Shown here piece by piece: positions 36,728 to 53,985 of a stretch of 64,000 nt of DNA (position 1 is the stretch's first letter; each line of letters begins with the position of its first letter). The position numbers were made by a program, and so were the translations under genes. The stretch spans positions 454,409 through 518,408 of the forward strand of contig CAWHST010000004.1 in assembly GCA_963832055.1 (NCBI GenBank), written 5' to 3'. The DNA comes from an uncultured Gemmatimonadales bacterium. GTDB taxonomy: Bacteria > Gemmatimonadota > Gemmatimonadetes > Gemmatimonadales > GWC2-71-9. The notes under the pieces were generated by a model, which was not told the origin of the DNA, did not search any database, and saw only the letters and a program-made list of their open reading frames with translations.

Positions 36728-39129
36728 ACCGCGCGGGCGTCCAGCATCTCCCGGACTTTCCGGGCCAGGCCTTCGGGCGTGAACGGCTTCTGCTGGAACG
36801 GCATCCCCGGCTCGAGCAACCCCCGCTGAATCACGTCGTCTCCCGTATACCCCGACATGTACAGGATGGGCAGCTCCGGCTGGAGGATGGCCAGGCGCGC
36901 TCCCAGCTCCCGGCCGCCCAGCTCCGGCATGACCACGTCGGAGATGACCAGGTCGATGGTGTGCCGACCCTTGGCCAACCGATCCAGCGCTTCGTGCCCG
37001 TGCCTGGCCTCGATCACGGTGTACCCCTGCTCCCGGAGGCCGCGGCAGGCGAGCGAGCGGACCACGTCCTCGTCCTCCACGACCAGGATGGTCTCGCTCC
37101 CGCCTCGGAGATCCGCGAGCGGGCCGGCGGGCGGGGTCGGCAGGGCCGGTGCGCCCGCCCGGGGCAGATAGATCTTGAAGGTGCTACCGTGCCGGGGCTC
37201 GGTGTAGCACCAGATGAAGCCGTCGCTCTGCTTCACGATGCCGTACACCGTGGAGAGCCCGAGCCCGGTGCCCTGTCCGACCGGCTTGGTGGTGAAGAAC
37301 GGCTCGAAGATCCGGGCCTGGACGTCGGGCGACATGCCGGAACCGGTATCGGTAACCGACAGAAACACGTACTCGCCTGGCGGTATGCCGATGCCGGCGT
37401 GCGCCTGGGCGTAGACCTCGTCGAGCGTGGCCTGGCCGGTGGTGATGGTCACCCGGCCGTGGGCGGGCATCGCATCACGTGCGTTGAGGGTCAGGTTCAG
37501 CAGCACCTGCTCCAGCTGCCCGCGGTCGGCGCGGATCTCGCCGACGTCCGAGGAGAGCTTGAGCTCCAGCACGTGATCTTCGCCCAGGGAGCGGCGCAGC
37601 ATTTTCTCGAGGCTGCTCACCACGCCGTTGACGTCGAGCGTCTCGGGATGCAGCAGTTGCTGGCGGGTGAACGCCAGGAGCTGGCGGGTGACGTCGGACG
37701 CACGGGTGCCCGCGCGGATGATCTCCTGGACCTCGCCGCGACGGACGTCGTCCTCGGCGAAGCTGCGCAGCAGGAACTCACTGAAGCCGATGACGCCGGT
37801 CATCATGTTGTTCACCTCGTGCGCCATCCCGCCGGCGAGACGGCCCGCCGCCTGCATCCGCTCCGCGCGGCGAAGCTGGTCCTCCACCCGCTTGCGCTCG
37901 GTCACGTCGCGGTAGATGCCCCGGAGCATGACCGGGCGGCCGCTCTCGAGTGTGCAGCTGAGATTCCCCTCCACCGTGATCGCGGTGCCGCTGTCGGTCA
38001 CCAGGACCAGCTCGACGTGCGTCAGCGCCTCGCCCGCCAACGCACGCTCCACCACCAGCTGGTACCGGTCCCGACTGTCGGGGTGGAGTACGTCGAGGAA
38101 TCTCCTCCGGCCCAGTTCCCCGTCGGACAGTCCGATAGCCTGGTGCCAGGCGCGGTTCACGTAGAGGAACCGTCCCTCGGGATCGGTGGCGCAGACCAGG
38201 TCGCTCGCGTGGTCGAACAGGTCGCGGTAGCGCGCCTCGCTCTCCCGGAGCGCCCGCTCGGCCTGCTTGCGGGTACTGACGTCGCGCGCGTTCAGGCACA
38301 CTCCGATGACCGATCCCCGCTCGTCCACCACCGGCGCGTGGGTGGTCTCGAACCAGAGCTCGGACCCGTCGGTGTCCGCCAGACAGCGCTCGACGTTGCG
38401 GACCTCGCCGGCGAGCGCGGCGCGGAATGCGTCTACCGCCTCGGGCACGAAGTCCGCCACCTGCGCGCCCTCGTGGAGCGGGCGGCCGAGGAGCCGCGTG
38501 CTCCACTCGACGGCGGTGGAATTGAGGGCCTGGATGGTTCCGTCCGGGTCGATCAGAAGAAATGCCTGCAGGCTGTTGTTGAAGATGGCGCGGAGGTTCG
38601 CTTCGGATCGGTGGAGCGCCTCCTCCGCCCGGGCTTTCTCGTCGCGGGCGCGGACCCGGGCGAGCGCTCCCTCGATCGCCGGGCCGATGCGGGCGAGGTT
38701 GCTCTTGAGCAGGTAATCGGTCGCGCCCGCCTTCATGCAGCCGACGGCGGTCTCCTCGTTGACCGAGCCGGTCACGATGAGAAACGGCACCGAGGGCGCC
38801 TGTTGTCGGGCGAGCGACAGCGCCGCCATCCCGTCGAAGCGGGGGACGCTGTAGTCGGAGAGAATCAGGTCGGGCGCGAACTCCTGGAGCTCGCGCAGGA
38901 AGGACTCGCGGGTATCCACTCGCCGGGCCGCGAAGGGGATGCGGGCCCGCTCGAGCTCGTACTCCACGAGCTCGGCGTCCATCTGGACGTCTTCCAGGAT
39001 GAGGATGCGGAGGGGACCGGGATCCACGCGCGCCCTCCGGCTGTCGGATGTGGTCGTGGGCGCCGCACCCGAGGAACGAATTGCGGTCGGTGGCACGCCG
39101 AAGTGTGTCACTAATATATTGGAAGTCAA
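36724..39129 (-). CDS. Hybrid sensor histidine kinase: REC - PAS - PAS - HisKA - HATPase_c - REC
   Basis: N-terminal REC ([16 protein letters not shown]...[13 protein letters not shown]...LLKS). Two PAS-like blocks ([23 protein letters not shown]...; [23 protein letters not shown]...). H-box [15 protein letters not shown]-box [12 protein letters not shown], and G-boxes DTGSGM / [12 protein letters not shown]-terminal REC ([10 protein letters not shown]...[13 protein letters not shown]...). The start could be the GTG at 39027. Confidence 0.92.
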   Translation of the reverse strand: MTSNILVTHFGVPPTAIRSSGAAPTTTSDSRRARVDPGPLRILILEDVQMDAELVEYELERARIPFAARRVDTRESFLRELQEFAPDLILSDYSVPRFDGMAALSLARQQAPSVPFLIVTGSVNEETAVGCMKAGATDYLLKSNLARIGPAIEGALARVRARDEKARAEEALHRSEANLRAIFNNSLQAFLLIDPDGTIQALNSTAVEWSTRLLGRPLHEGAQVADFVPEAVDAFRAALAGEVRNVERCLADTDGSELWFETTHAPVVDERGSVIGVCLNARDVSTRKQAERALRESEARYRDLFDHASDLVCATDPEGRFLYVNRAWHQAIGLSDGELGRRRFLDVLHPDSRDRYQLVVERALAGEALTHVELVLVTDSGTAITVEGNLSCTLESGRPVMLRGIYRDVTERKRVEDQLRRAERMQAAGRLAGGMAHEVNNMMTGVIGFSEFLLRSFAEDDVRRGEVQEIIRAGTRASDVTRQLLAFTRQQLLHPETLDVNGVVSSLEKMLRRSLGEDHVLELKLSSDVGEIRADRGQLEQVLLNLTLNARDAMPAHGRVTITTGQATLDEVYAQAHAGIGIPPGEYVFLSVTDTGSGMSPDVQARIFEPFFTTKPVGQGTGLGLSTVYGIVKQSDGFIWCYTEPRHGSTFKIYLPRAGAPALPTPPAGPLADLRGGSETILVVEDEDVVRSLACRGLREQGYTVIEARHGHEALDRLAKGRHTIDLVISDVVMPELGGRELGARLAILQPELPILYMSGYTGDDVIQRGLLEPGMPFQQKPFTPEGLARKVREMLDARAV

Positions 39130-39254
39130 GCAGTTCCCGATGGTCGCACCATGCGTGATCCCGTGTGACGCCGGTCACGGAAAGCATTGGCGCGCACCCG
39201 ACATCATTCCGCACTCTATCCCGTGCACAGCAGCCCCGCGCACCCGGAGCCTCC

Positions 39255-45663
<6,409 letters not shown>

Positions 45664-45664
45664 C

Positions 45665-45808
45665 GGCGGACGGGCGGGCGGACGGGCGGACGGGCGGACA
45701 GGCGGACGGGCCGGGAATCATGGACGGCAACGGAGTGCTGGGCGAGATGGCAGCCCAGGCGCCAGCCGACCCGCTGTCCGCCCGTCCGTCCGTCCGCCCG
45801 TCCGCCCC
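45665..45808. repeat. REP-like palindromic element, family B copy 2
   Basis: GGCGGACGGGCGGGCGGACGGGCGGACGGGCGGACAGGCGGACGGGCC (45665-45712), a ~58-nt loop, then CCGCTGTCCGCCCGTCCGTCCGTCCGCCCGTCCGCCCC (45771-45808). It starts 2 nt after the poly-HAMP kinase stop. The loop holds the ATG (45720) of the next gene. Confidence 0.7.
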
Positions 45809-46964
45809 GGTCAACATCCTGCTGGTGGACGACCAGCCGGCCAACCTGCTGGCGCTCGAGGCGATGCTCCAAGGGTTGGGGCAGAACCTGGTCAAGGCCG
45901 AGTCGGGACGGGAGGCCCTGAAGCGGCTGCTCACCGACGAGTTCGCCGTGATCCTGCTCGACGTGAAGATGCCCGACATGGACGGCTTCGAGACGGCCGC
46001 GCTCATCCGGGAGCGGGACCGGAGCCGCGACACGCCCATCATCTTCCTGACCGCCGCGGACAAGACTCACACGGAGGCGGTGCGGGGCTATGCCGTGGGC
46101 GCGGCGGACTACCTGGTGAAGCCGGTGGTTCCCGAGTTCGTCCGGTCCAAGGTGTCGGTCTTCGTCGAGCTGGCGAAGAAGAGCGAGCTGCTGCGCCGCC
46201 AGACGGAGCAGCTCCGCGAGGGGGAGCAGGCGGCGCGCGAGCTGGCCGAGACCAGGGCCGAGCTGGTGCGGGACCTCGAGCACAAGAATCGGGAGCTGGA
46301 GAGCTTCAGCTACGCGGTCTCCCACGACCTCCGGGCGCCGCTCCGCCGGATCGAAGCGTTCGGCAGGGCGGTACTCGAGAGCCAGGCCGAGCGGCTCGAT
46401 CCGGACGGGCGGCGCTACCTGGAGCGCATCCAGGAGTCCAGCCGGCAGATGTCGCAGCTCATCGACGACGTCCTCCATCTCTCGAAGGTGAGCCGCGCGG
46501 AGCTGCGCCAGCAGGAGGTGGACTTGAGCGCGCTGGCCACGGCGATCCTCGAGCGGCTGCGCGAGGCCGAGGCGGAGCGGGCGGTGGAGACGCGGGTGCG
46601 TCCCGGCGTGACGGTGGTCGGCGACGGGAGGCTGCTCCGCATCGCCCTGGTCAACCTGCTGGAGAATGCCTGGAAGTTCACCGCCAGGGAGCCCGCCGGC
46701 CGGATCGAATTCGGGATGACTACGATCGCCGGGGAGTCCACCTACTTCGTCCGCGACAACGGAGCGGGGTTCGACATGGCGCACGCGGACCGGCTCTTCG
46801 GGCCGTTCCAGCGGCTGCATCTGGCGAGCGAGTTTCCCGGTTCCGGGATCGGCCTCGCCACGGTGCAGCGGATCATCCATCGCCTCGGCGGCCGGGTATG
46901 GGCCGAGGGTCTGGTGGGGCAGGGCGCCACCTTCTCCTTCACGATCGGCCGGCCCCGCGGGTGA
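45720..46964 (+). CDS. Response regulator-histidine kinase fusion (REC - coiled coil - HisKA - HATPase_c)
   Basis: VNILLVDDQPANLLALEAML...VILLDVKMPDMDGFE...IIFLTA...DYLVKP. Then ...ELESFSYAVSHDLRAPLRRI..., LVNLLENAWKFT, DNGAGFD and GSGIGLATV. An alternative start is at 45747. The track ORF starts at 45573 inside the upstream gene. Confidence 0.88.
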   Translation: MDGNGVLGEMAAQAPADPLSARPSVRPSAPVNILLVDDQPANLLALEAMLQGLGQNLVKAESGREALKRLLTDEFAVILLDVKMPDMDGFETAALIRERDRSRDTPIIFLTAADKTHTEAVRGYAVGAADYLVKPVVPEFVRSKVSVFVELAKKSELLRRQTEQLREGEQAARELAETRAELVRDLEHKNRELESFSYAVSHDLRAPLRRIEAFGRAVLESQAERLDPDGRRYLERIQESSRQMSQLIDDVLHLSKVSRAELRQQEVDLSALATAILERLREAEAERAVETRVRPGVTVVGDGRLLRIALVNLLENAWKFTAREPAGRIEFGMTTIAGESTYFVRDNGAGFDMAHADRLFGPFQRLHLASEFPGSGIGLATVQRIIHRLGGRVWAEGLVGQGATFSFTIGRPRG

Positions 46965-47354
46965 GGGCCGGCGCCGCTACCTCGTCCGGCTGTTCGCCTT
47001 CCTCCTCATTTTCGGGGCGCTCGTGGAAGAGAATCGCGCCACCCCTCGGCGCCCGGCTGAGGGCCTCCGCCTCGGCGTTCGTGGTCGGCCCGCTCCCGGT
47101 TGGCCTCGCGCGCCCGGACGATCCCGCAGGACGCCCAGGGATGCGGCTGGATCATGGGGCATTCCCGGGTGCTCTTGTGGACCACCATGTCCTCGGCCGG
47201 CGAGCGGTCCGGCCGGGCCTTCTCTCCGCTATCGGTCATTCGTTACCCGGCCGGAGGAAGGCTTGCAGCTGACGGACGAAACTCGGAAGCGCCGGCGTGG
47301 AGTGGCAGTGCATGGGTGAGGATATACCGGAGCATGACGCGGCGCCAGCGAACT

Positions 47355-48930
47355 TCAGGCCCCGGCGCTCGACAACTTTGCCGCGGCGCCCGGCAGCAGC
47401 CGCTTGAAGTCCTTGACCTGCTGTGCCACGAACGTCCGGGCGAACAGCATCAGTGAGGCCGCGTACACCGCGACTCCCGCCGAGACCATGACGAGCAGGT
47501 GAACGGCTCGGCTCTCGAAGCCCTGGCCCACCAGGCGATCGAGCGCGATCAGCGCCCCAGCCATGACCAGCGAAGTGAGCAGGGGCGGTGCGATCGCTCG
47601 CAGCAGCTCACCGTGGCCCAGCCCGCTGTATTTCTTGAAGGCCCACATCTGAATCGGCAGCACCAGATAGGCGCGGATGACGTATGCCGCCGCGATGGCG
47701 AGCAGGCCGAATGGTGCGGCCGCGAGCGTCATGACCACGGTCAGCGCCAGCTGGAGCCCGGCGATCTTCGCCAGCAGCGTGGACTGTCCCAGGGTGGCGA
47801 GGGCTGGACCGGCGAAGCGATTCAGGGTGAACGGCACCGCCATGAACCCGAGCAATTGTGCGATTCTGGCACTCTCCTCCCACTGGTCCCCGAAGATGAG
47901 CGGGATGGCGTGGGGGGCCACGACGGCGAACCCGATGATCGCGGGAAAGGCGAGCGCCGAGCTCACCGCGATGATGCGGAGGTACGCCTTCCGGAAGGCG
48001 GGCAGATCGTCCTGGAGTCGGCCCAGGGTCGGGAGGGACACCTGGGAGAACGGCATGATCATGCCCTGCGCGATCAGCTCCACCGTCCGCCAAGCCGTGC
48101 GATAGACACCGACCGCCGCGATGCCGATGGTCCGCCCGATGATGACGTCCTGCACCCGCACCAGCGCCACGAAGAGCACCTGGGTCAAGGTCATGCTGGC
48201 GCTGAACCCGGCCAGCTCCCGGAGCACCTCGAATCGAGAATCGTCTCCCGGGCATCCATCGGTAGGCGTGCCACGCCATCGCCGTCCCCGCCACCTCCGT
48301 CACCCCGCGCTGCACCACCAGGCTCCAGGCGCCCCAGCCACTCGCCGCGGCCGCGAGGGCCGCCGCGCCGCCCGCCAGGTTGCTCACCACCGACCGGGTG
48401 GCCATCGCCCTGTGGCCGAACTCCCGGAGCGTCATCGCGATGTGGATCGCGCCCGCGACCGAGATCACCAGGATGACGCCCAGCGCCATCAACAGCGGGG
48501 CCACGCTCGGCTCCCCGAAGGCGCTCGCGATCGGCCGTGCGAGCAACGCCAGCACGGTCGCGACGAGGATCCCCAGGGCGAGCGAAGTCCAGAAGACGGT
48601 GTCCGCCATCTCCGGCGTCACCCGCTTGGCGCGCTGGATCGCGGTCGCCAGTCCCGCCGCCGGAAGGATCTTGCCGAATTCGGCGAAGGCCACCGCCAGG
48701 GCGAAGACGCCGAACGCCGCGGGGCCGAGCTTCCGCGCGAGGACCGCGAAGACCGCGAAGGAGAGGATATAGTCGGAGCCGGTCCGGACGATGGTCCAGA
48801 TGATGGACCGCGCGGTCTTCTCCTTCAGGTCGGACAGCGGCCGGCGGGGGGCCGGCTCGGCGCCCTCGAGGTCGGGGCTGGAGGCCCCGTCGAGCGGATC
48901 GTCTAACCCGTGGTCAGGGCCGCCGGTCAT
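47355..48930 (-). CDS. Wzx/PST-family polysaccharide flippase; frameshift near ~48235
   Basis: ...LKEKTARSIIWTIVRTGSDYILSFAVFAVLARKLGPAAFGVFALAVAF... lies in the lower part of track ORF 47608..49701. It continues in ORF 47355..48227 (...MTLTQVLFVALVRVQDVIIGRTIGIAAVGVYRTAWR...) with many TM segments. Confidence 0.8.
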
Positions 48931-49701
48931 CGTGCGGCCAGCGAGCGCAGCGCGGGTGGGGTGCCCGTTGTGAGCAAGCGGAGTCGCTGCCGGAGCTTGA
49001 GGACCCGGTCCTTCATCTTCATCGCCTGGCGCCGCACCCGGAGGCGGCGCGGGCATGGTGAATCGCTCGAACCGCGCCGGGCCGATGGTAGACGCCGTGG
49101 ACTGCTCGATCACGGGGAACGGGAAAATGCCGAGGCAGGCGACGCCGTGCTCCCAGGACCGGTCGAGCTCGTCGTCGAGCGGACGTCGGACCTCGCGGCA
49201 GTGGCGCACGAACAGCCGGGCGCCTGCCCGCGTCATGAGGTAGCCCTGGGTTCCCAGCGGGCGGTCCAGATACTCGATCAGGGTGCGCTGTTGTTCGACG
49301 GCATCGCGCAACACCACGCGGAACGCGCAGGGGCGCTTGGCGTAGAGTCTCAGGTAGGGAATGCCGGCCGCCTGAATGTCCACCGTCACCAGCTTCTCGA
49401 GAAACCCCCAGTCCACGATCGTGTCGTCCTCGAGAACCAGCATCTGCGGCGCCCCGGAGTCGAGGAACATCTCCCACGCGGCGTAGTGGCTCGAGTAGCA
49501 ACCCAGCTCGCCGGGGTACAGCGGCCTGCCCTTGGCGACGATCGCCTCGTCCGGATCGTGGGTGAGGCCGGGCGCCAGCTCCCGGTGCGCGTCGAACCAG
49601 GTCCACCCGATCGACGTCCCCCGCGCCCGCTCGGCGAACGACGCCCGCCGGTCGGACGCGTCGGGCAGGCTGATCACCACCACTTTCGTGTGACCGACCA
49701 C
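48931..49701 (-). CDS. Glycosyltransferase family 25-like domain protein (no stop before the in-frame flippase)
   Basis: MVGHTKVVVISLPDASDRRASFAERA...GRPLYPGELGCYSSHYAAWEMFL...MLVLEDD...GTQGYLMTRAGARLF is the GT25 pattern. It is followed by a P/G/A/D-rich linker that runs in frame into the flippase. Confidence 0.7.
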
Positions 49702-49707
49702 GGCCGG

Positions 49708-50944
49708 CTAGCTCGGCCGCACGCGCAGGCGCGATTCGGCCGCGGTCCGAAGCTCCGAGAGCAGCGTGAGCGCGCTCCGGGTCCAGGAAAAATCCGCCGC
49801 CCGGCGCAGTCCTCGGCTCCGCAGCTCCCCGGCGAGGCGGTCGTCGAGGCTGACCCGCTCCATGGCCGCCGCCAATCCGGCCACGTCGTCGGGATCCACC
49901 AGCAGGGCGGCGTCGCCGGCGATCTCGGGACATGCCGACGTCGTCGCGGTGATGACGGGGCAGCCGCACGCCATCGCCTCGACGATGGGAATGCCGAAGC
50001 TCTCGTAGCGCGAGGGGAACACCAGGGCGCGCGCCAGACTGTAGAGGGCGGGCATGTCGGTGAACTCCACGAACCCCGGCGTGTGCACCGAGGACGGCTC
50101 GGCGTGTTCGGCAATCGCGTCGGGCGTCAGGCGCTCCGCGATGCCGATCCCCAGGATCACGAGCGGCGGCACCGTCGCGCCCCCGGCGGCGGTCTGCCGC
50201 CGCATGCGACCGTACGCCTGCAATGCCGCCGCCACGTTTTTGCGCGGCGTGAGCGTCTTCCCGGAGGCCTGCCCCAGGATCTGGTGGCCCTTGACCACCA
50301 TCAACAGGAACGGCTCGGCCGGAAGCCGGTAGCGCGCCCGGACCGCGGCGAGCGCGGCCTGGTCCGTGATCGGCCGGAAGCTCTCGTCGGCGGAGGCGTA
50401 CACCGTGCGCAACTTGGAGCGCGGAACGCCCACGTAGCGGACCAGCTCGTCACCCAGCGTGTCGGAGTTGGTGAGCACCCGGACCGCCCGCCGGCAATAG
50501 AGCGGGATCATCAGCCGATTGTAGAGCCGATCCAGGCGTCCCGACCACCCCACGTAGAATTCCGGATGGCTCCAGTACTCCGTGCCGCGCTGCTGTACCA
50601 CCGTGGGGCAGGGCGGCGCCAGCGGGATGCTGAACTTGTGATGGAAGAGGACGTCGAGATTCTCCCGGCGCGCGGCCAGCGGGACCAGCACCTGGTCCCA
50701 GAGCAGCTTGCCCGGTTCCGGGCACCACGACCTCCCGCACGTTGGGCCGGTCGCGATAGCGTCCCGCCTGCGCGGCGTCGCTGTAGAAGGCGACGTACTC
50801 GTTCCACGGGTCCGATTGGAACAGTGCGTCGCACAGCTTGCGGATATAAATGCCCTGGCCATCGACGTCGTCGATGGCGCGGAGCATGAGCCCGACCCGC
50901 AGGCGCGCTTTGGATGACCCCCTGACGGCGGCATCGGGCGCCAT
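49708..50944 (-). CDS. GT-B glycosyltransferase (GT4 family); frameshift near ~50715
   Basis: N-terminus in ORF 50450..51049 (MAPDAAVRGSSKARLRVGLMLRAIDDVDGQGIYIRKL...). The rest is in ORF 49708..50958 (...LVFPSRYESFGIPIVEAMACGCPVITATTSACPEIAGDAALLVDP...). Confidence 0.85.
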
Positions 50945-51155
50945 GTGTGACGCATCACCTTGAGAAAGTGTGATGGGACCCGTTGACACGATCACCTCCC
51001 AACGTGTAGTAATGCGACACCCGAAACCGGCCAGGAAGTCTCGTGCCAATCGAATCCCTTTAGTTACAGCGGACGGCTTCGATGGGGCGTGACTGTCGTC
51101 ACAACTCTATCCGACAGCGGGCAGCCCGGGGTTCTCACAAGAGTAATGAGGTGCA

Positions 51156-52169
51156 ATGACCGAACGGTCCAGACGAGAGCTCACCCTGGTCACCGGGGCT
51201 ACCGGATTCACCGGAAGCCACCTGGTCCGCGCCCTGGTATCCGATGGCGCCCGGGTCCGGGTCATCGCCCGGTCCGCGGCCAGGGCTCGCGACATCCTGC
51301 CGCAGGCGGCGGAGATCGTGGAAGGCGATATCGCCGATTCCGACGTGGTCGAGCGAGCGGCGCAGGGTGTGACGACGGTCTACCACCTCGCGGCGGTGTA
51401 TCGCGAAGCCAAGCATCACGACTGGCGCTATCGTGAAGTCAACGTGGACGGATCCCGGAAACTGCTCGACGCCGCGGTCGGCGCGGGGGTGACCCGGTAC
51501 GTCCACTGCAGCACCGTCGGCGTGCACGGGCACATCGCCTCGCCCCCCGCCGACGAGCAGACCGCCTACGAGCCGGGCGACGTCTATCAGGAGACCAAGT
51601 GCGAGGCGGAGCAGCTCGCGCTCTCCTACCGCGACCGGATCCCCCTCGCCGTGGCTCGGCCGACGGCGATCTACGGTCCCGGCGACACCCGGCTCCTCAA
51701 GCTGTTCCAGATGGTGGCCCGGCAGCGGTTTCCGCTGGTCGGGGGCGGCGAGAACTACTACCACACGGTTCACGTGAACGATCTCGTCCGCGGGCTCCGG
51801 CTGCTGGGGACTCACCCCAAGGCGGTGGGCGAGATCTTCATCCTCGGCGGGGAAAGCTACCTCAAGCTGTCGGAGCTCACCGCCATGATCGCGGAGGCGG
51901 CGCGGGTCCCCGCCCCTCGGTTGCGGCTGCCGGCCAGGCCGTTCCAACTGCTCGGGTCGCTGGTCGAGAAGCTCTGCGTGCCCTTCGGCATCGAGCCGCC
52001 GATCCATCGCCGCCGGGTCGACTTCTACACCAAGAGCCGCGCGTTCAGCATCGAGAAAGCCAAGCGCCTCCTCGGCTATCGGCCGGAGGTGCTGCTCAAG
52101 GACGGCATCGGGGAGACGTTCGACTGGTACGTGGCCAACGGATACATCGAGACCGCCTACCAGCGATGA
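51156..52169 (+). CDS. NAD-dependent epimerase/dehydratase (extended SDR)
   Basis: LVTGATGFTGSHLVRAL...VYHLAA...HCSTVGVHG...YQETKCEAE...ARPTAIYGPGD. Intact 337-aa ORF. Confidence 0.9.
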   Translation: MTERSRRELTLVTGATGFTGSHLVRALVSDGARVRVIARSAARARDILPQAAEIVEGDIADSDVVERAAQGVTTVYHLAAVYREAKHHDWRYREVNVDGSRKLLDAAVGAGVTRYVHCSTVGVHGHIASPPADEQTAYEPGDVYQETKCEAEQLALSYRDRIPLAVARPTAIYGPGDTRLLKLFQMVARQRFPLVGGGENYYHTVHVNDLVRGLRLLGTHPKAVGEIFILGGESYLKLSELTAMIAEAARVPAPRLRLPARPFQLLGSLVEKLCVPFGIEPPIHRRRVDFYTKSRAFSIEKAKRLLGYRPEVLLKDGIGETFDWYVANGYIETAYQR

Positions 52170-52931
52170 CGGCGGCCGCGACTCAGGCTCGGGAGGATGC
52201 CGACGTCGAGTCGTCCTCCGAGCAATACGCGCGGCGCTTCGACGGTCCGGTCGGCCGATGGTTCGTCGATTCCCAGACCAGGATCACGCTCGAATGCCTC
52301 GCGGGACTACCGGCGGGGGCCACGATTCTCGACGTCGGGGGCGGCCACGCGCAGGTGGCGCCTCCACTGGTGGAGGCGGGCTTCCGGGTGACGGTCGTGG
52401 GCAGCGATCCCTCCTGCGGTGAGCGGCTCGCATCGCTCACCTCCACCGGCCGTTGCCGGTTCGACGTAGGGGACCTTCAGGCGCTGCCGTATGCGGCCGC
52501 TTCCTTCGACGCGGTGGTGTGCTATCGCCTGATCGCGCACAGCGTCGAACTGGCGGCATCTCATCGCCGAGCTGTGCCGGGTCGCCCGGCACCGGGTGAT
52601 CGTGGACTATCCCGCGCGCCGCAGCGTGAACGTCGCCTCGCAGGCCCTCTTCCGCTTCAAGCACTCCATCGAGCGGGGCACCACCCGCCCCTTCGCGCTC
52701 TACGGGCGCGGGGAGATCGCGCGGGCGTTCGAGCGGGCCGGGTTCGCGGTCGTTCGGGTCCGTCCGCAGTTTCTGTTTCCGATGGCGCTCTATCGCCTGG
52801 CGGGATCGGTGCGGCTGGCGCGCACGGCGGAAGGCTTCGCGCGAGCAATCGCCCTGACCGGCCTGCTCGGGTCCCCGGTGATCGCCCGGGCCGACCGGCG
52901 GCTGGGGCCCGGTGAATCCCCCCGCGCCTGA
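52166..52931 (+). CDS. Class I SAM-dependent methyltransferase; frameshift near ~52550
   Basis: ATGA overlap with the epimerase stop. ...ATILDVGGGHAQVAPPLVEAGFRVTVVGSD...FDAVVCYRLIAHSV lies in the frame of ORF 51599..52915. It continues with ...VIVDYPARRSVN...FALYGRGEIARAFERAGFAVV (ORF 52596..52931). Confidence 0.8.
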
Positions 52932-53979
52932 CGCGCCACTCCGCGTGCTGGCCTGGCCGGGACTGGGCGCGCGGGCGAAGAACCCCTACACCTGGCTTCT
53001 CTGCTCCCATCTGGCGGAGCTGGGCGTGCGCATCCGGGACTTCACCCCGGCCCGCGCCCTCCGCGGCGGATACGACGTCCTCCACATCCACTGGCCGGAC
53101 AAGGCGCTCAACGCCGAGTCGCTGCCGGGCAGGGTGGCCGGGGCGGTCGCCGCGATCACCATCCTCGAGGCCGCTCATTTCCATGGCGCTCGGGTGACGT
53201 GGACCGCCCACAATGCGCAACCCCACGAGTCGCGGCATCCCAGGTTGGAGGCGTGGTTCTGGTCGGCGGTGGTGCGGCGGGTGGACACGGTGATCCATCC
53301 CAGCGCGGCGGGCCAGCAGGCAGTGGAGGCGATCCATCCCGAGCTGGCCCGGCGCCCGCACGCGGTGGTCCCCCTGGGTCACTTTCGTGGCACCTATCCC
53401 GATACCATCTCGCGTGGGGAAGCCCGTGCCGTGTTCGGCATATCGGACAGCGCCCGGGTGGTCGCCTTTCTCGGACTGGTACGGGCGTACAAGAACGTGC
53501 CCCATCTCATTCGCACGGTCCGGGCCCTTCCTCGCGAGGCGGGGGAGGTGGTTCTTCTCGTCGGCGGTGCTCCCCACCCGGCCGCCTTGGCGGACGAGGT
53601 CCGCGAGGCCGCCGGCGGGGATCCGCGGGTGCGGTTGTTTCTGGAGCACGTGCCCGACGAGGACGTCCAGCGCTACCTCCGCGCGGCCGACCTCGTCGTG
53701 CTTCCGTTCCGGGACATCACCAACTCGGCCAGCGCGCTGCTGGCGCTCTCGTTCGACCGGCCGGTCCTGGTTCCCGCTCGCGGGGCGATGGGGGAGCTCC
53801 AGGAGCTCGCCGGCGCGGACTGGGTGTGGACCTACGATGACGACCTGACTCCGGATATCCTCGCTCGCGCGCTCGACCGGGCGGTCGGTCAGCGGCGCGG
53901 TGCTCCCCGCCTCGATGCCCTCGAGTGGCCGGAGATCGCCCGCCGGACGCTCGCGGCGTTTCGGGCGGAGAGCCGGTAG
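52912..53979 (+). CDS. Glycosyltransferase (GT-B, GT4-like, divergent)
   Basis: ...DVLHIHWPD...RVTWTAHN...DTVIHPSAAG...VVAFLGLVRAYKNVPHLI...LVGGAP...VVLPFRDITNSASALLALSFDRPVLVP. Intact 355-aa ORF, and family assignment is only moderate. Confidence 0.7.
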   Translation: MNPPAPDAPLRVLAWPGLGARAKNPYTWLLCSHLAELGVRIRDFTPARALRGGYDVLHIHWPDKALNAESLPGRVAGAVAAITILEAAHFHGARVTWTAHNAQPHESRHPRLEAWFWSAVVRRVDTVIHPSAAGQQAVEAIHPELARRPHAVVPLGHFRGTYPDTISRGEARAVFGISDSARVVAFLGLVRAYKNVPHLIRTVRALPREAGEVVLLVGGAPHPAALADEVREAAGGDPRVRLFLEHVPDEDVQRYLRAADLVVLPFRDITNSASALLALSFDRPVLVPARGAMGELQELAGADWVWTYDDDLTPDILARALDRAVGQRRGAPRLDALEWPEIARRTLAAFRAESR

Positions 53980-53985
53980 GTACCG

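Noticed and set aside
47006-47239. 77-aa minus-strand ORF (MTDSGEKARPDRSPAEDMVVHKSTRECPMIQPHPWASCG...) between the REC-HK gene and the flippase.
   Set aside because: It has no recognisable family and no clear RBS, and several overlapping ORFs of similar size exist in other frames. I cannot distinguish it from noise.
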